A stretch of 64,000 bases of DNA from Chiloscyllium plagiosum. Lineage: Eukaryota. A program made the translations under genes and the position numbers. Every line of letters starts with the position of its first letter. Within the stretch, counting starts at the first letter, position 1. This document shows, piece by piece, positions 1 through 12,579 of the stretch. The stretch covers positions 5,511,223 to 5,575,222 of the forward strand of contig NC_057751.1 in assembly GCF_004010195.1 (NCBI RefSeq), read 5' to 3'. The notes under the pieces were generated by a model that had not been told where the DNA came from, ran no database searches, and worked only from the letters and a program-made list of their open reading frames with translations.

Positions 1-160
1 TCATAATGACTGAACAAATACATACTTCAAATATGAAGGGGTGGCAGGAGAGAGAATTGTTCTTTGAAAAAACTGCCCAAGAGCACTAACAGATAGCTGG
101 CACAACACAAAGCCGGTCAGGCCATCCAAAGACATGCAAAATCAACTGAAAAACTCAAGC

Positions 161-174
161 TTTAATGCTTTATT
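161..174 (-). terminator. NFU1 polyadenylation signals (AATAAA 174-169, ATTAAA 166-161)
   Basis: Two adjacent hexamers about 125 nt after the stop codon, followed by T/GT-rich sequence on the minus strand. Confidence 0.7.
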
Positions 175-299
175 GCAACATATATTATTCTGTTTCACAA
201 TGCGTTGCAGCCAGTAGAGGTGCCAATAAATTGTTAAGGTGCATGAGGATTTACCAACAGGCAGCACATTTGGGTTATCACCCTGTGGTCACCAAACAT

Positions 300-335
300 T
301 CACGAAACGTCGGCTTCGAGTTCTTCATCTGTAAC
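300..335 (-). CDS. NFU1: NFU1 coding exon 8 (VTDEELEADVS*)
   Basis: cttcctgttttattgccag| acceptor, phase 0, short acidic tail then TGA; the eight exons sum to 747 nt = 248 aa plus stop. Confidence 0.9.
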   Translation of the reverse strand, partial: VTDEELEADVS

Positions 336-448
336 CTGGCAATAAAACAGGAAGTCATTAAACTCAGTCATAATGGAGATTCTCCCTTCGCTTGGCAGCA
401 AGGTTCACTTATCAAGTTTTGTTCTGACTGAAATGGGCATTTCCTTGA

Positions 449-1541
449 AATAGAGCTGAAAAATGTGTTGCTGGAAAAGCGCAGCAGGTCAGGCAGCATC
501 TAAGGAGCAGGAGAATCAACGTTTTGGGCATGAACCCTTCTTCAGGAATGAGGAGGGTGTGCCAAGCAGGCTCCTTCCTCCCCTTCCTAGACCTCTCCAT
601 TTCTATCTCGGGCGACCGACTCAACACGGACATTTACTATAAACCGACTGACTCCCACAGCTACCTAGATTACACCTCCTCCCACCCTGCCCCCTGTAAA
701 AACGTCATCCCATATTCCCAATTCCTTCGCCTCCGCCACATTTGCTCCCAGGAGGACCAATTCCAATACCAAACAATCCAGATGGCCTCCTTCTCCAAAG
801 ACCACAATTTTCCCTCAGATGTAGTCGACGATGCTCTCCTCCACTTCCTGCTCCTCCGCCCTTGAACCCCGCCCCTCCAATCGCCACCAGGACAGAACCC
901 CACTGGTCCTCACCTGCCACCCCACCAACCTCCAGATACATCGTATCATCCTTCATCATTTCTGCCACCTCCAAACATACGCCACCATCAAGGATATATT
1001 TCCCTACCCTCCCCTATCGGCGTTCCGGAAAGACCACTCCCTCAGCGACTCCCTCGTCAGGTCCACACCCCCCACCAACCCAACCTCCACTCCCGACACC
1101 TTCCCTTGCAACCGCAAAAAATGTAAAACTTGCGCCCACACCTCCCCCCTCACTTCCCTCCAAGGCCNNNNNNNNNNNNNNNNNNNNNNNNNNNNNNNNN
1201 NNNNNNNNNNNNNNNNNNNNNNNNNNNNNNNNNNNNNNNNNNNNNNNNNNNNNNNNNNNNNNNNNNNNNNNNNNNNNNNCTCTCTGCCCCCACCCCCTCT
1301 CCGGCCCATCATCCTCACCTTAACCTCCTTCCACCTATCGCATTCCCAACGCCCCTCCCCCAAGTCCCTCCTCCCTACCTTTTATCTTAGCCTGCTTGGC
1401 ACACTTTCCTCATTCTGAAGAAGGGCTCATACCCGAAACATCAATTCTCCTGCTCCTTGGATGCTGCCTGACCTGCTGCGCTTTTCCAGCAACACATGTT
1501 TCAGCTCGGATCTCCAGTATCTGCAGTCCTCACTTTCTCCT
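449..1541 (+). mobile_element. Penelope-like element fragment (RT C-terminus, Cys linker, pLTR) with inverted 5' pLTR piece
   Basis: ORFs LPFLDLSI..YYKPTDSHSYLDY..IPYSQFLRLR and FPCNRKKCKTC; 452-550 is the reverse complement of 1408-1507; 10-bp TSD ATTTCCTTGA at 439-448 and 1542-1551. Confidence 0.9.
1168..1279. other. Assembly gap
   Basis: Run of N. Confidence 1.
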
Positions 1542-1747
1542 ATTTCCTTGAGACAGTCCACCCCAACTGTAAACACAAACTCCACTCTGGTGTAATCCTC
1601 TGCATTTCCTAAACAAAGAGAACGTGCAGTTTCCTTAAAATCCGTTCATGGGGTTAGGCCAGCATTTATTGCCCATCTCTCGTTAAGAGTCACCCACGTC
1701 ACTGGGGTCACGTGTAGGCCAGAATGGGTAAGGTCTCCTCCTGAACT

Positions 1748-1782
1748 AGTCCTGAAGAAGGGTCACACCCGAAACGTTGACT
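1748..1782 (+). ncRNA. Minimal hammerhead ribozyme motif (PLE family B)
   Basis: AGTC-CTGAAGA-A-GGGT-CAC-ACCC-GAAA-CGTT-GACT: stem I AGTC/GACT, stem II 4 bp, palindromic ACGT stem III, GUU triplet. Confidence 0.7.
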
Positions 1783-2219
1783 TCTCCACCTCTGGATGCT
1801 GCCCGGCTTGCTGTGTTCTTCCAGCCTCCTGCCTGTCCACTTTGGATTCCAGCACTTGCAGTTTTTTTTTGTCTCATACCAGGTAAGGTCGCAGTTTCCA
1901 TCCCCAGAGGACATTAGTGATCCAGGTGGGCTTTTCCAACAATTGACAATGGATTCACGATCAACATTAAACATTTAATTCCAGAATTCTATTGAATTCA
2001 AATTCCACTGTCAGTTGTGACAGGATTCAAACGCAGGTTACTTGGGTCTTCTGATTTCCAGTCTCATGATAATTCCATTGGGACATCACCTCCCCCCGAT
2101 AGAGACATTTTAATTCTGTTCTGCTCTCTTTGCGGACGGTGCCCCAGCTGACTGGAGTTTTCCAAAATGCTCTTCTGTTTTCATTCTCACAATGGAGTTA
2201 TTCTACAGTCCTCTTAACT

Positions 2220-2380
2220 CAAAGCACCAGCAGTGGATCTGGTCGCTATCAGCAGACACCGCTGTTTGTGGGGAGCTGGCTAGGTGCAAATTGGCCCTCG
2301 TACGTACAGCGTGACAACAGCGCTGACACTTCCAAATCCCTTAATTGACTGCGAAACATTCCGAGGTTGCACATAGCACA
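2220..2380 (+). mobile_element. Degenerate Deu/SacSINE-like SINE fragment (related pieces at ~2690-2780 and ~4660-4890)
   Basis: gctgtttgtggggagctggctaggtgcaaattggc...cacttc resembles the Deu-SINE 3' region as recalled; not aligned. Confidence 0.4.
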
Positions 2381-5190
2381 AAAAAAAAATGCAGTTATAC
2401 CTATCGTCCTTTTCACAGCCTCAGCCCATATTCAAGATCCTTGCTAAGAGCGAGAAAGGAATTTTGAGCACAGTTGAGTGCCCCAACAATTGCACAATCA
2501 GTAGAGTATGGACTAAAAAGGTCACTGGCATGGAAGAGATTAAAGGACACCCATTGTTTCTCTTTTACTGGTGCAGATTGTGTGTGTGTGACAGCAGGGG
2601 TTGGGGGAGAAGGTGAGGATTAGTTTTTGGACTAGTGAGCAAGGATTTGGAAGTTGAAGGGATTCTGGAAAGACAAGAAAGGTACACTTTCCAGACAGGC
2701 AGTTTCCACAAACCGCAATGACTGAACTAACAAGATAATCTGCTTTGTTGGTGTTAGTTGAGGGACAAATACTGACAAATCCATAGGAATGTAAAATTTG
2801 CACCATCAGGTTAAATTATCACCTGTAGTCTTAATCCCACAAGCTTGGTTGACCAACTCAATTAGCTGGTTGCCTGGAAGTGACAAAACAAATTCAAATT
2901 AGGCCAATCAGTTCAAATTATACCTCAAAAAAATACCAAACTCCAATGCAGTTTGAATTGAGTATCTTGACAATCTTAAAAGCCAGTGGCACAATCCGAT
3001 GCTTTGGGAGTATAAGACTGGGAAAAATTGAATGGAGGTGGGGGGGAGAACTGCCAAGCCAATGACATCTGCAGACTGCCTGGAGAATAGCTCTCTTAAA
3101 GATACCTTTATCACTCTGTGACATATGAAGCATAATCCCTCGGAAGAAAAGACACAGGAAGATCCAAATAGAGGATTCGACAGCTGGCTAGCTTTGAAAA
3201 CTTGAATTTTTGGTAAATCTTAATCAGGGGATGTCATCAAACTAGTATTAATGAAGGTAAAATATTGGTTAGAGGAAGGAGTTGTAAATAGTTGTTAGTT
3301 AATTATTCTCTGAACCACTTTATTTCTTAAGGTGATAAAGTTTTACTTTAAATAGTTCTTGGCCTCTCAAAATTTCACATATTACTGCACGGGATAAATC
3401 TTTTCTGTGTTGCTGGTTTGAATTAAGCAAGAGGGTTTACCTGGTGTCATAATAGGAGCAAACAGTAAGACACCAATTTTATTGCTGACAACTTTATTAC
3501 CCAAACCAAACCAGTACCTGATACTCAGCACAAATCAAGAGAGAGACTGGAAGGCAACTTTCAGAATTACTTGGGGCATCGAAACCATACATGTTCCACG
3601 TTTAATGCCTGAAAACCTTTCTTGGAACAGACATAGATTAATGATTTGACCTCAGAGTAATGAATGGCATGCAAAGTATTCCAATAATGGAAAGATGTAA
3701 TTGGGTTGATAAAAGTTCAAGTTCTTCCTTGATAATTCACAAACCCCTCTCTCTTGTCGGTACATCTACGTTGCCCGCTTCCTTCATGTTGAAGCTGTTG
3801 TGAAGTCAATCCCAAATAGCTCTGTGTTCTCCCAAATGATTAACCAGCCCCAAGTCACTGATCTGCTCACCTGGAATCCCGTTGCAGGACGGAAGTCAAT
3901 ACTGAGGACACATCAGGCATGCCCGAGCCGGTTAAAGTATTCACACATAATGCGGAAGATCACCCCAATGGCATGTCACGATGATTCCAAAGCACAGAAG
4001 TATAAAATCAACTGAGACGGAGTACTGACATTGCCCACAGTGGCAATACTCTTCTGTTTTAGCTTGTATCCATGTATTCGGGGGGGATGAAGTTTAGTAA
4101 AGTTTGTAAATTAAAAAAAGGTTATAGCACACATGTTATCTCAGGTAATATATTCCACCACTTTCTGCTTACGAGCTGCAACATTCATAATCTACAGTGA
4201 AGCAACAAGGTGCCATTATCGGATCTAGCATTGTATTTGCTTTGTTCCTATTGTGCGTGGAACTCTGTTGTTTCAATTTCACCCTTGTCAATCCGAACTG
4301 CTAGGTTCGTTATCAGGCAGGTTATCAGCACACCCGCAAGTTGTTATACACAATAACTTGGAGGTGAGTGCTTCAGGTGAATTCAGAGGTGCCCAGGGAG
4401 AAAGATTGACATTTATGCCAGCATTTTGTAAGACCAATTGCTCAAAGTATCACATCTCTGGTTCTGAGCCACCGAAGGTTTAATAGTGGTCCACAGGAGC
4501 AATATGACTGAGAAGACTTGCTGATCTCTGGTTGATTGTTGGTAACTGGCCATTATGAAGAGTGGTATTGGAATGACAAAGCGATGACATTAGAGCTATT
4601 TTACCTAATTATTCTTGGGTTACATAAAAATATCCCTTCAACATTTAAATACAAGAATGACATGTGAGTCAGTTCAAATCCCATCCCAGACCCTAGCATG
4701 AAAATACAGGCCAACACGTCATTGCTGTAATGACAGAGTGCAGTACTGTCAGTTGTGCTCTCTTTCAAATGGAATGTTAACTCAAGATAATGGACTGATC
4801 TCTCGGTTAGAGGCAAGACACTGTTTTGAAAAAAGCAGAGGAGTCTTCCCTCATGATTAAGTCAACATTTATCCCTCAATCAACATGACAAAAAAAAAAG
4901 CAGACTGGGAGTCGTGGAGAAACTCAACAGGTCTGGCAGAGTCAACCTTTTGTGTGCAGTGACCATCCCATTTTTATCTCAACAGGTGCTGCCAGATTTC
5001 TTGCTCTTCCTATGTATCAGATTTCCTGTGTCTGCAGGTCTTTGTTTTTTTTTAAAAAACTTTATCACAAAAGAACTTTATCACAAAAGAGATTTCCACA
5101 GGGTCCCCACTCTCTGGGTGAAGACATTTCTCCTCATCTCAGTCCCAAATGGCCTACTCATATCCTCAGGCTGTGACCCCCCCCTGGTTA

Positions 5191-5500
5191 GATGAGATTA
5201 TTGACAGTGTGGAAACAGGCCCTTCGGCCCAACAAGTCCACACCGACCCGCCGAAGCGCAACCCACCCAGACCCATTTCTCTACATTTACCCCTTCACCT
5301 ACTGGCAATTTAGCATGGCTAACTCACCTAACCTGCACATTTTTGGATTGTGGGAGGAAACCGGAGCACGCGGAGGAAACCCACGCAGACACGGGGAGAA
5401 TGTGCAAACTCCACACAGACAGTTGCCTGAGGCAGGAATTGAACCCAGATCTCTGGTGCTGTGAGGCAGCAGTGCTAACCACTGTGCCACCGTGCCGCCC
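5191..5500 (-). mobile_element. HE1-type tRNA-derived V-SINE
   Basis: A box TGGCACAGTGG, B box GGTTCAATTCC, V-domain TTTGCACATTCTCCCCGTGTCTGCGTGGGTTTCCTCC, CR1-like tail; TGGTTA duplicated at both sides. Confidence 0.9.
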
Positions 5501-5654
5501 TGGTTATTGGGAACATCCTTCCTGCGTAGGCCTGTTGGAATCTGATAGACTTTGATGAGATTCCCCCTCATTGTTCCAAACCCTCATCCTAACCGATCCA
5601 GTCTCTTTTGGTATGTAGTCTTACCATGCCAGGAATCGCTCTGGAGAACAATGA

Positions 5655-6665
5655 TAAGACCCTTAGACCATAGGTGCAGAAATTAGGCCATTCAGCCCAT
5701 TGAGTCTTATCAACCATGAGTGAATGGCTGACTAGCTTCTCAACCCCATTGTCCTCGTGATATCTCAGTCTTAAATATCTTCAATGACCAGACTTCCACA
5801 GCATTCTGTGACAATCTATTCCATGGATTCACCACTCTCTGGCTGAAGAAGTTTCTCCTTATCTCCATTCTGAAAGGTCTTCACTTTACTCTTAAGGGTC
5901 CTAGTCTCTCCTACCAATGGAAACATCTTCCCAACATCCACTCCGTCCAGGCCATTCAGTTTTCTGGATGTTTCAATTACATCTTCTCTCATGCTTCTAA
6001 ACTCCACTGAGTATGGACCCAGATGTTCCTCACATGTTAAACTTTGCATTCCTGGGACAATTCCACTGAACCTCCTCTGAACACACTCCAGGGTCAGTGC
6101 ATTCTTCTTGAGATATGGAACGCAAAACTGTGCACAATACTCCAAATGTGGTCTGAGCAACTGGTGCACTCCTTCCCTGAGCAGAACATCCTTCCTCAGA
6201 TAAGGGGACCAGAACTACACATACTGCTCCCAGGCATGGTCTGCACCAATGCCTCCTATAATTGCAGTCAGACAGCCCTGCCCTTGTACTCAAATCCTTT
6301 TGTGAAGAAGGTCAACATACTGATTATCTGTTTATTGCTGGCGACATCTGTGCGCTTACTTTCAGCTAATGGTGTAAATTGCACATTACCCTCACTCGAT
6401 TTATCACCACCCAGATAATAATATACCTCCCTGTTTTCGCTGCCAAACTGGATTGCCTCACATTCACCTGCATCCCATGGTTTTGGCCATGCATTTGCCC
6501 ACGTGCTCAGCTTGTGCAACTCAGAATGAAGGAACTTTGCATCCTCCTCACACTCGCACCCATCTTTGTTTCGTATGCAAACTTGGCGTGACTACATTTA
6601 GTTCCCTCATCCAAATTGTGCATCAATGCTGTGAACAGCTGGTGTCCGAGCACTGATCCCTGTGA
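5655..6665 (-). mobile_element. CR1 LINE 3' fragment (degenerate RT end and 3' UTR)
   Basis: [19 protein letters not shown] and LRPHLEYCAQF..LECVQRRF peptides in shifted frames. Confidence 0.85.
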
Positions 6666-6694
6666 TCCCCTGTGACAAGCCCCTGGGAAAGTAC

Positions 6695-6869
6695 CTGCAC
6701 CACACCCTCCACCTCTGGGATGTAAAACTGCAGCATGTTCTGAATTCCACTCTTCAGGGTGACGACAGAGCTGGGGCAGCTGGTGCACGAACCCTGCAGC
6801 ATCAATTTGACAATTCCGTCTTCAAAACCTTTGAAGATCACATCACCGCCGTCCTCTTGAACTGTGGGC
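6695..6869 (-). CDS. NFU1: NFU1 coding exon 7 ([10 protein letters not shown]...[11 protein letters not shown]...[11 protein letters not shown]), NifU C-terminal domain with CXXC
   Basis: GSCTSCPSS cluster-binding motif; cctcgcag| and |gtactt; 175 nt. Confidence 0.98.
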
Positions 6870-6905
6870 CTGCGAGGGGTGGGGTACAGGGAGAGAGAAA
6901 GCACA

Positions 6906-7124
6906 CAGGTAAAAACAATGACTGCAGATGCTGGAAACCAGATTCTGGATCAGTGGTGCTGGAAGAGCACAGCAATTCAGGCAGCATCCGAGGACAGGCA
7001 AAATCGACGTTTCGGGCAAAAGCCCTTCATATTCCTGATGAAGGGCTTTTGCCCGAAACGTCGATTTTGCCTGTCCTCGGATGCTGCCTGAATTGCTGTG
7101 CTCTTCCAGCACCACTGATCCAGA
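6906..7124. mobile_element. Palindromic PLE pLTR mini-element with hammerhead core
   Basis: Perfect 87-bp inverted repeat (6944-7030 / 7038-7124); CTGATGA 7035-7041, GGGC/GCCC stem, GAAA-CGTC; 15-bp TSD GAGAGAGAAAGCACA at 6891-6905 and 7123-7137. Confidence 0.9.
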
Positions 7125-7402
7125 GAGAGAAAGCACAGTTAACCTGTGTCAGACACAGTACGGGATTTCACTGAGATTCAAACAAGGATGCCACCGTGTT
7201 TGGAATTGTGTGTGTGTGTCTGCCATCTAGTGGCAAAGCAGGTGATCCAAGCTGAAAGGGGACGAAGCCAGAAAATTCCTGATTTCTTACAGAATGCAAC
7301 AGGGTTGTGACCTATGTGTGCCCCCTCCCACCCCTCTTTAGTGACAATGTGGTGTTGTGACACTTTTACCAACTCCCACCTGGGGAACTTGCTGCTTCAC
7401 TC

Positions 7403-8035
7403 TGATTTGATTTGATTTGTTATTGTCACAAACACTGACACAGTGAAAAATATAATTTTGCGTGCTAACCAGACAAACCGTACCTTTCTGAAGCACAATG
7501 CAGAATGCAGTTTTACAGCTGGAGAGCTGGGTGCAGCCAAAGATCAGCTCTCACATATGAGGGGTCTGTTCAAAAATCTGATAACAGTGGGGAAGAAGCT
7601 GTTCTTGAATCTGTTGGTACATGTTTCCAAACTTTTGTATCTTCTGCCCAATGGAAGAGGGTGGAAGAGATGATAACTGGGGTGATGATGTTGGCTGCTT
7701 TCCTGAGGCAGCAGGAGGTGTATACGAAGTCAGTGAAAGGAAGACTAGTTTGCATGATTGACTGGGCTGTGTTCACAACTCTGTGTAAATTCCTGCACTT
7801 TTGGGAAGAGCAGTTACCACACCAAGCTGTGATGCACCAGGGTGGGATGGTGCATTGATATAAATTGGTCAGAGTCATTGTGGACCTGCCAGATTTCCTC
7901 AGCCTTCTGAGGAAGTCGAGGGGTTGCCATGCTTTCTTGACTGTGGCGTCAGTGTCGATGGACCAGGACGGAATGCTGATGATACTTACTCTGAGGAATG
8001 TGAAGCTGCCGACCACGGCCACTTTCAGCACCAGT
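7403..8035 (-). mobile_element. Rex1/Babar-like LINE 3' fragment
   Basis: KKAWQPLDFLRRLRK..LTNLYQCTI..CITAWCGNCS..RVVNTAQSI peptide; (TCAAA)n tail at 7403-7420. Confidence 0.7.
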
Positions 8036-9009
8036 GATATATACATTTGGGATCCTGCTGCTCACTTCCCCGTCCCCCCACTCATCTTTAATCTCACCCA
8101 ATAACAGCTTTTCCACAGATTGTGCACAGCCACCTGTGCTCAGGAGAGTCACCATGACCCAGCAAGGCTGGAGAAGTACTCCAGATCAGACAGTAACTTG
8201 CAATGTCCAGAAGACTGCATTGACCGACCATCAAGATGGACCTCAGGAACCTGCAAAAACCACTGACCAGGCTACTGCTGGCCACTGTGATCATGAATGC
8301 ATTCAGCCAACAAATAAATTAGCTCACCCCCTCAACACACCTTCCAGCCCCTTCACCCACATATGTAAATTCACATTTTCCTGAATTTAATTCATCCACT
8401 ACATTCCCTGTGGCAGTGAATGGTCATTTGAACAACCCTCTGTTGGCAGAGTAACTTCTCCAGAGCAGCCAACTTTTCTAACCAGTGAGTGCCTTTCTCA
8501 AACGTCCCAAGTTCTTCTCTCACCTACAACACCTTCTCCAGATCCAAACCTCTGTCGGTCATCCCTAAGTTGCCATTCCATTTTTTTCTCCACGCATACC
8601 AATAGCACCACTCTCCACAGCTTTGCTGAGAAAAGACAGCCACACTGTCAATGCTTTTCATCCTGCACTCATGCAGCCAGACACCCTCATGCCATATTTC
8701 AGGATCACAGAATCCCCCATATGGTGGAAGCAGGCCGTTTGCCCCATCAAGTACAGACAGGGTGATACGCAGTGGGTGATATTAAAGTTGAGTGGGGGTG
8801 GGGGGTGGGGAAGTGAGCAACAAGATCCCACCTGTATGCATCACTGGTGCTGAAAGTAGACATGGTCGAGAGTTTCACATTCCTCAGAGTAAGTATGATC
8901 AGCGGTCCATCCTGGTTCATCAATACCGACGCCACAGTTAAGCAAGCACACTGATGCCTCCACTTCTTCACACCAACCAAAACCACACCCTTCACCCTCT
9001 CCCCACAAT

Positions 9010-9252
9010 CTCACATTTCCCCATGGCTAATCCACCTAGCCGACACGTCCCCGAGCACTATGGGCAATTCAGCATGGCCAATCCACCTAACCTGCACATC
9101 TTTGGACTGTGGGAGGGAACCAGAGCACCCGGCCGAATCCCACACAGACACGGGGAGAATGTGCAAACTCCACAGATACAGTCAGCCGAGGCTGGAATCA
9201 AACCTGGGTCCCTGCCACTGTGGGGCAGCCATGTTAACCACTGAGCCACCAC
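9010..9252 (-). mobile_element. HE1-type SINE (older copy)
   Basis: Same A/B boxes and V-domain as the 5191 copy, more diverged. Confidence 0.85.
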
Positions 9253-10718
9253 ACCATCTCGAGGGAACAATTTATAATGCATGAGAAACAAGTGTTGATT
9301 GGTTGGTGGGTCAACTCCAATTTCTTAAAGCATAACTAAGGGAACAGTTGTCTCTGAAGTTTTGTTTATTTTTCAAAAATAAAAGAGGTAAAGCCTGGAG
9401 AAGTTCCATTTTACCCCACAGAGAACAGGTCCCTTTGTATTTGGTGAAATTCTTCCTGCACGAGATATGAGCATCACTGGCAGGACGAACACCCCTCACT
9501 GCTCTTGAATTGGGAGGCTTGCTTGACCATTTCAGAACTCAATTAAAAGTGGATTCTAAGAATTGTACATTTTAAAAAATTTGTGCCTTTTGAAACTGTG
9601 GACTGCAATGAGAAATAACTGGTTTTAAAAAAGAGATCAATTTCCCAGGATGGCTGCAGACAGGGGCATGGAATTCATGTTCGGAGTCCAATCTTAGGAA
9701 GAGGTGCAGCTCAGTTTATCCAGCAACTCCAGCTTTGATAATGGGGTGAAACCCCCCTTACTCCCCATTTCTCCTGAACCAGAAGATATTCCTGAAGGGA
9801 ATGCAAATACCCCAGCAACTATCAACAGAAGATTTGCAACCACGATCTGACATAGCGCACACAGTTTCGATTAAAAAAAAATGGAAACGGGCAGTCAGAA
9901 ACGCACCCAGCGTTGTGCAGCCCTGTGAGTAAGATCAGTCACAGATTAAGAATGCCCATTTCTCTTTCACATCTCCCTAAGAGGTGCAGGCAGTCACCAA
10001 CACCCTGTGTCAAGGGCAACACAGAAGTGAACCTTTTCAGAGGGAACCGGTAGCCTGTTATCATGGTGCTTTTTTTAAAACTCTTCAGCCACAGCGAGTA
10101 GAGCGTCACTGGCTGGGACACCATCCATTGCCTAATCCCTCTGGGCAGTGAAGAGTCAACCACTTTGCTGTGGGTCTGGACTGATGTGTCATTCAGACCA
10201 GGCAAGGAAGGCAGATTTCCTTCCCTAAAGGACGTTACTGAACCAGATGGGTTATTTCCAACAAACAACTGTCCCATTGTCGTCACGAGGCAGACTGTTA
10301 TTGAATTTAAACTCCACCATCTTCCATGGTGGGATTCAAACCCTGGTCCCCAGAACATGATCTGCGTCTCTGGGTTAACAGTGTGGCGATAGAGCCTCTG
10401 GGCTGCCTGTACTCCACATGGTGTCTCTGTCTGGCAAGACTCATTTGCACATCAGGAATCCCTTTTAGATTTCTGCTCTGCTGTTGACCAATTAATGTAT
10501 AAACCAATGCCCCAAACCCCGCTCCCCCCACAACAGGAATACATCATATCACGTCTCGGTTGGATCAGAACCTGAACCGGACTACCTGCTTGGTCAGCTG
10601 CCCGTGACTGTGCATTGTGAGAGACAATGTCGAAAAGCATGTGCCACAGAAATTGAGAACTCGTCATTCCCTCCCAGACTCACATTTCAGGTGCATGGCA
10701 TGTTCCACTGCTACTCAC

Positions 10719-10782
10719 CGAATCCTGGTGTCCAACAGCTCCTTAATGATGGCCACAACTTCGTCATCATCCTCTGAAGCAG
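10719..10782 (-). CDS. NFU1: NFU1 coding exon 6 (AASEDDDEVVAIIKELLDTRIR)
   Basis: DDEVVAxIKELLDTRIR motif; ttgcttccag| and |gtgagt; 64 nt. Confidence 0.96.
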
Positions 10783-12464
10783 CTGGAAGCAACAAGGGGA
10801 CAATTTTTTAAAAAATCAACACATGTCAGGGTGCTGCCAAGTAACACACGCAATCATACGAAAATAAAACGTGTTTTTGCATGTCCTCTCTGACTCTGTC
10901 GATCTGGAGCGTGACAACATCGCCTGAATGAGACAAGACGCGAACGATCTTTTGTCGAGACCTCAGAGGTGGCCTCTCAGATTTTCATGAGGAACCAGGG
11001 CACCATAACAAGATGCTTCAGCTCTAGGGGGACAGGAGTAGTCAGTCCATTGCAGCCTGGCCCTTCTCGGAGAGTCAGGTTCCAGGGGGCTCAGGGCCGC
11101 GAGCTGAGTTTCGAAGAGTATTAGGTACAGTATTTTGAAATGAAAACATGCTCCACATGCCTGCAACAAGGTATAGCATGGGATGACACAGTGCACCAGA
11201 ATAAATCAATGCGCAGGGTTCCACCGTTGGGAACTTTAATCCACAAGGCCACTGTACAAAATGTTCCAATATGCTGTGACCCCCTGTCAAGCCTCCAAGT
11301 GAAGCATCCCATTGGACTTTTCCCACCTGGCCAAAGCTGGTATAAAGGGCTTTATACCAGCGGAGGTGTGCGATCTCCATCAGAAGGGGGGGACAGGATC
11401 GGGGAGAGGGGATGAGCAAGGTTGGATGGCGTTCCTGGGCCCTGAAAGCCACCATGAGTGTGCAACCCCCAACTGTGACTCAGGTGAACAGTGGGAAGGT
11501 GAAGAACGAGCTGAGGGAGAAATGAACGGGAAAGCAGGCAAATGGTGTAAAGGGGAGAAGGAGGAACGTGCTGGGCATCAGGAACAGTCCAAGTGCGCTA
11601 TAACTGTGTGGCAAACCCTGCAACATGGAATGCTGGAGTGGGGATGCCTTGGTTGAGATGAGCTGGCCTTGGTTTTATGCTGAATCACATTTCATGTAAT
11701 TCGGCCACCAACAGCCCCTCGTTGTCAGGGCCACTGTCTGAGACCCCTGCCCGGTGAACTGAGTCAGGCACCTGTGAGAATTGATGCAGAAACGGCGAGA
11801 GGATTGGGAGCTGTGACACCCTTCCCCGAGATCTGATTTCTCACCGATGCCCGGACACCTGCGAAACGCAAGGAGGCCATTCAGCCCCCGCGCCACATTC
11901 CATCTTGACAACACCTGACGTGTCACGCATCCAGCCAAGGCAGGAGGGAAATAAAACCATCCCATCGATCTTGACAGGAAAGCAGCCGTTTTTCCTGCTT
12001 TTTCCTGTTCCCTTCAACGTGCACGTATACCCCTGGGTGTCCCTGCTCCTGCACTTACTTGTAGAACGGTACCCCTACATTACAGTGCCATTCCAAAGTT
12101 CTTTCAACACAAGTGCATCACCTCACACTTCTCTTCAAGTGAACCTCATCTGTCACCCTACCCCAATGATGTACCAATTTGTCCGTGTCCTTTCAGAGTT
12201 CCACACTGCCCCACCCCCACCCGACCATTCTGTGGTTCGTGCCAGATTGCCACAGCGACTGGACACAGAGGGAGTCCGTTCGCCCCGTCATGCCTGTGCT
12301 AGCTGCTGGGTGGAGCAGTCCTGTTTGTTCACCGGTCACTCTCCCCCACCGTGCAGTGGCCAGGACCAGTCTCCCAGCTGCACCCACATGTGTATCTGTC
12401 TGTCTTTCTGCCGCCAGGAGGGTGGGATGGGGTTTCCTCACAGCTGACCAGCTCGAGCACCCAC

Positions 12465-12579
12465 CTGTATCGGAGCGCGGAGCGTCGTCAGTCAGGATTG
12501 GGAGTCCCGACGCAAAGAAATCCATGATGGCGGCATACACGTCCGGCTTGAGCAACTTCCAATCCACCTCCTCGCCGAC
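12465..12579 (-). CDS. NFU1: NFU1 coding exon 5 ([38 protein letters not shown])
   Basis: [22 protein letters not shown] motif; tatccccag| and |gtgggt; 115 nt. Confidence 0.97.

Noticed and set aside
2820..3455. Possible solo LTR ending GTGTCATAATA
   Set aside because: LTR-like composition, but no clear 5' terminus, TSD or second copy in the window.
5400..5500. tRNA-like A/B box sequences (many copies)
   Set aside because: They are SINE heads continuing into the V-domain; no complete cloverleaf.
6507..6788. Apparent NFU1-CR1 fusion ORF
   Set aside because: It is an out-of-frame reading of exon 7 running into an intronic CR1 relic; the canonical donor at 6694 explains the structure.
6864..7174. 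Identical peptides on both strands in the ORF track
   Set aside because: A consequence of the DNA palindrome, not genes; the same applies at 42044-42484.
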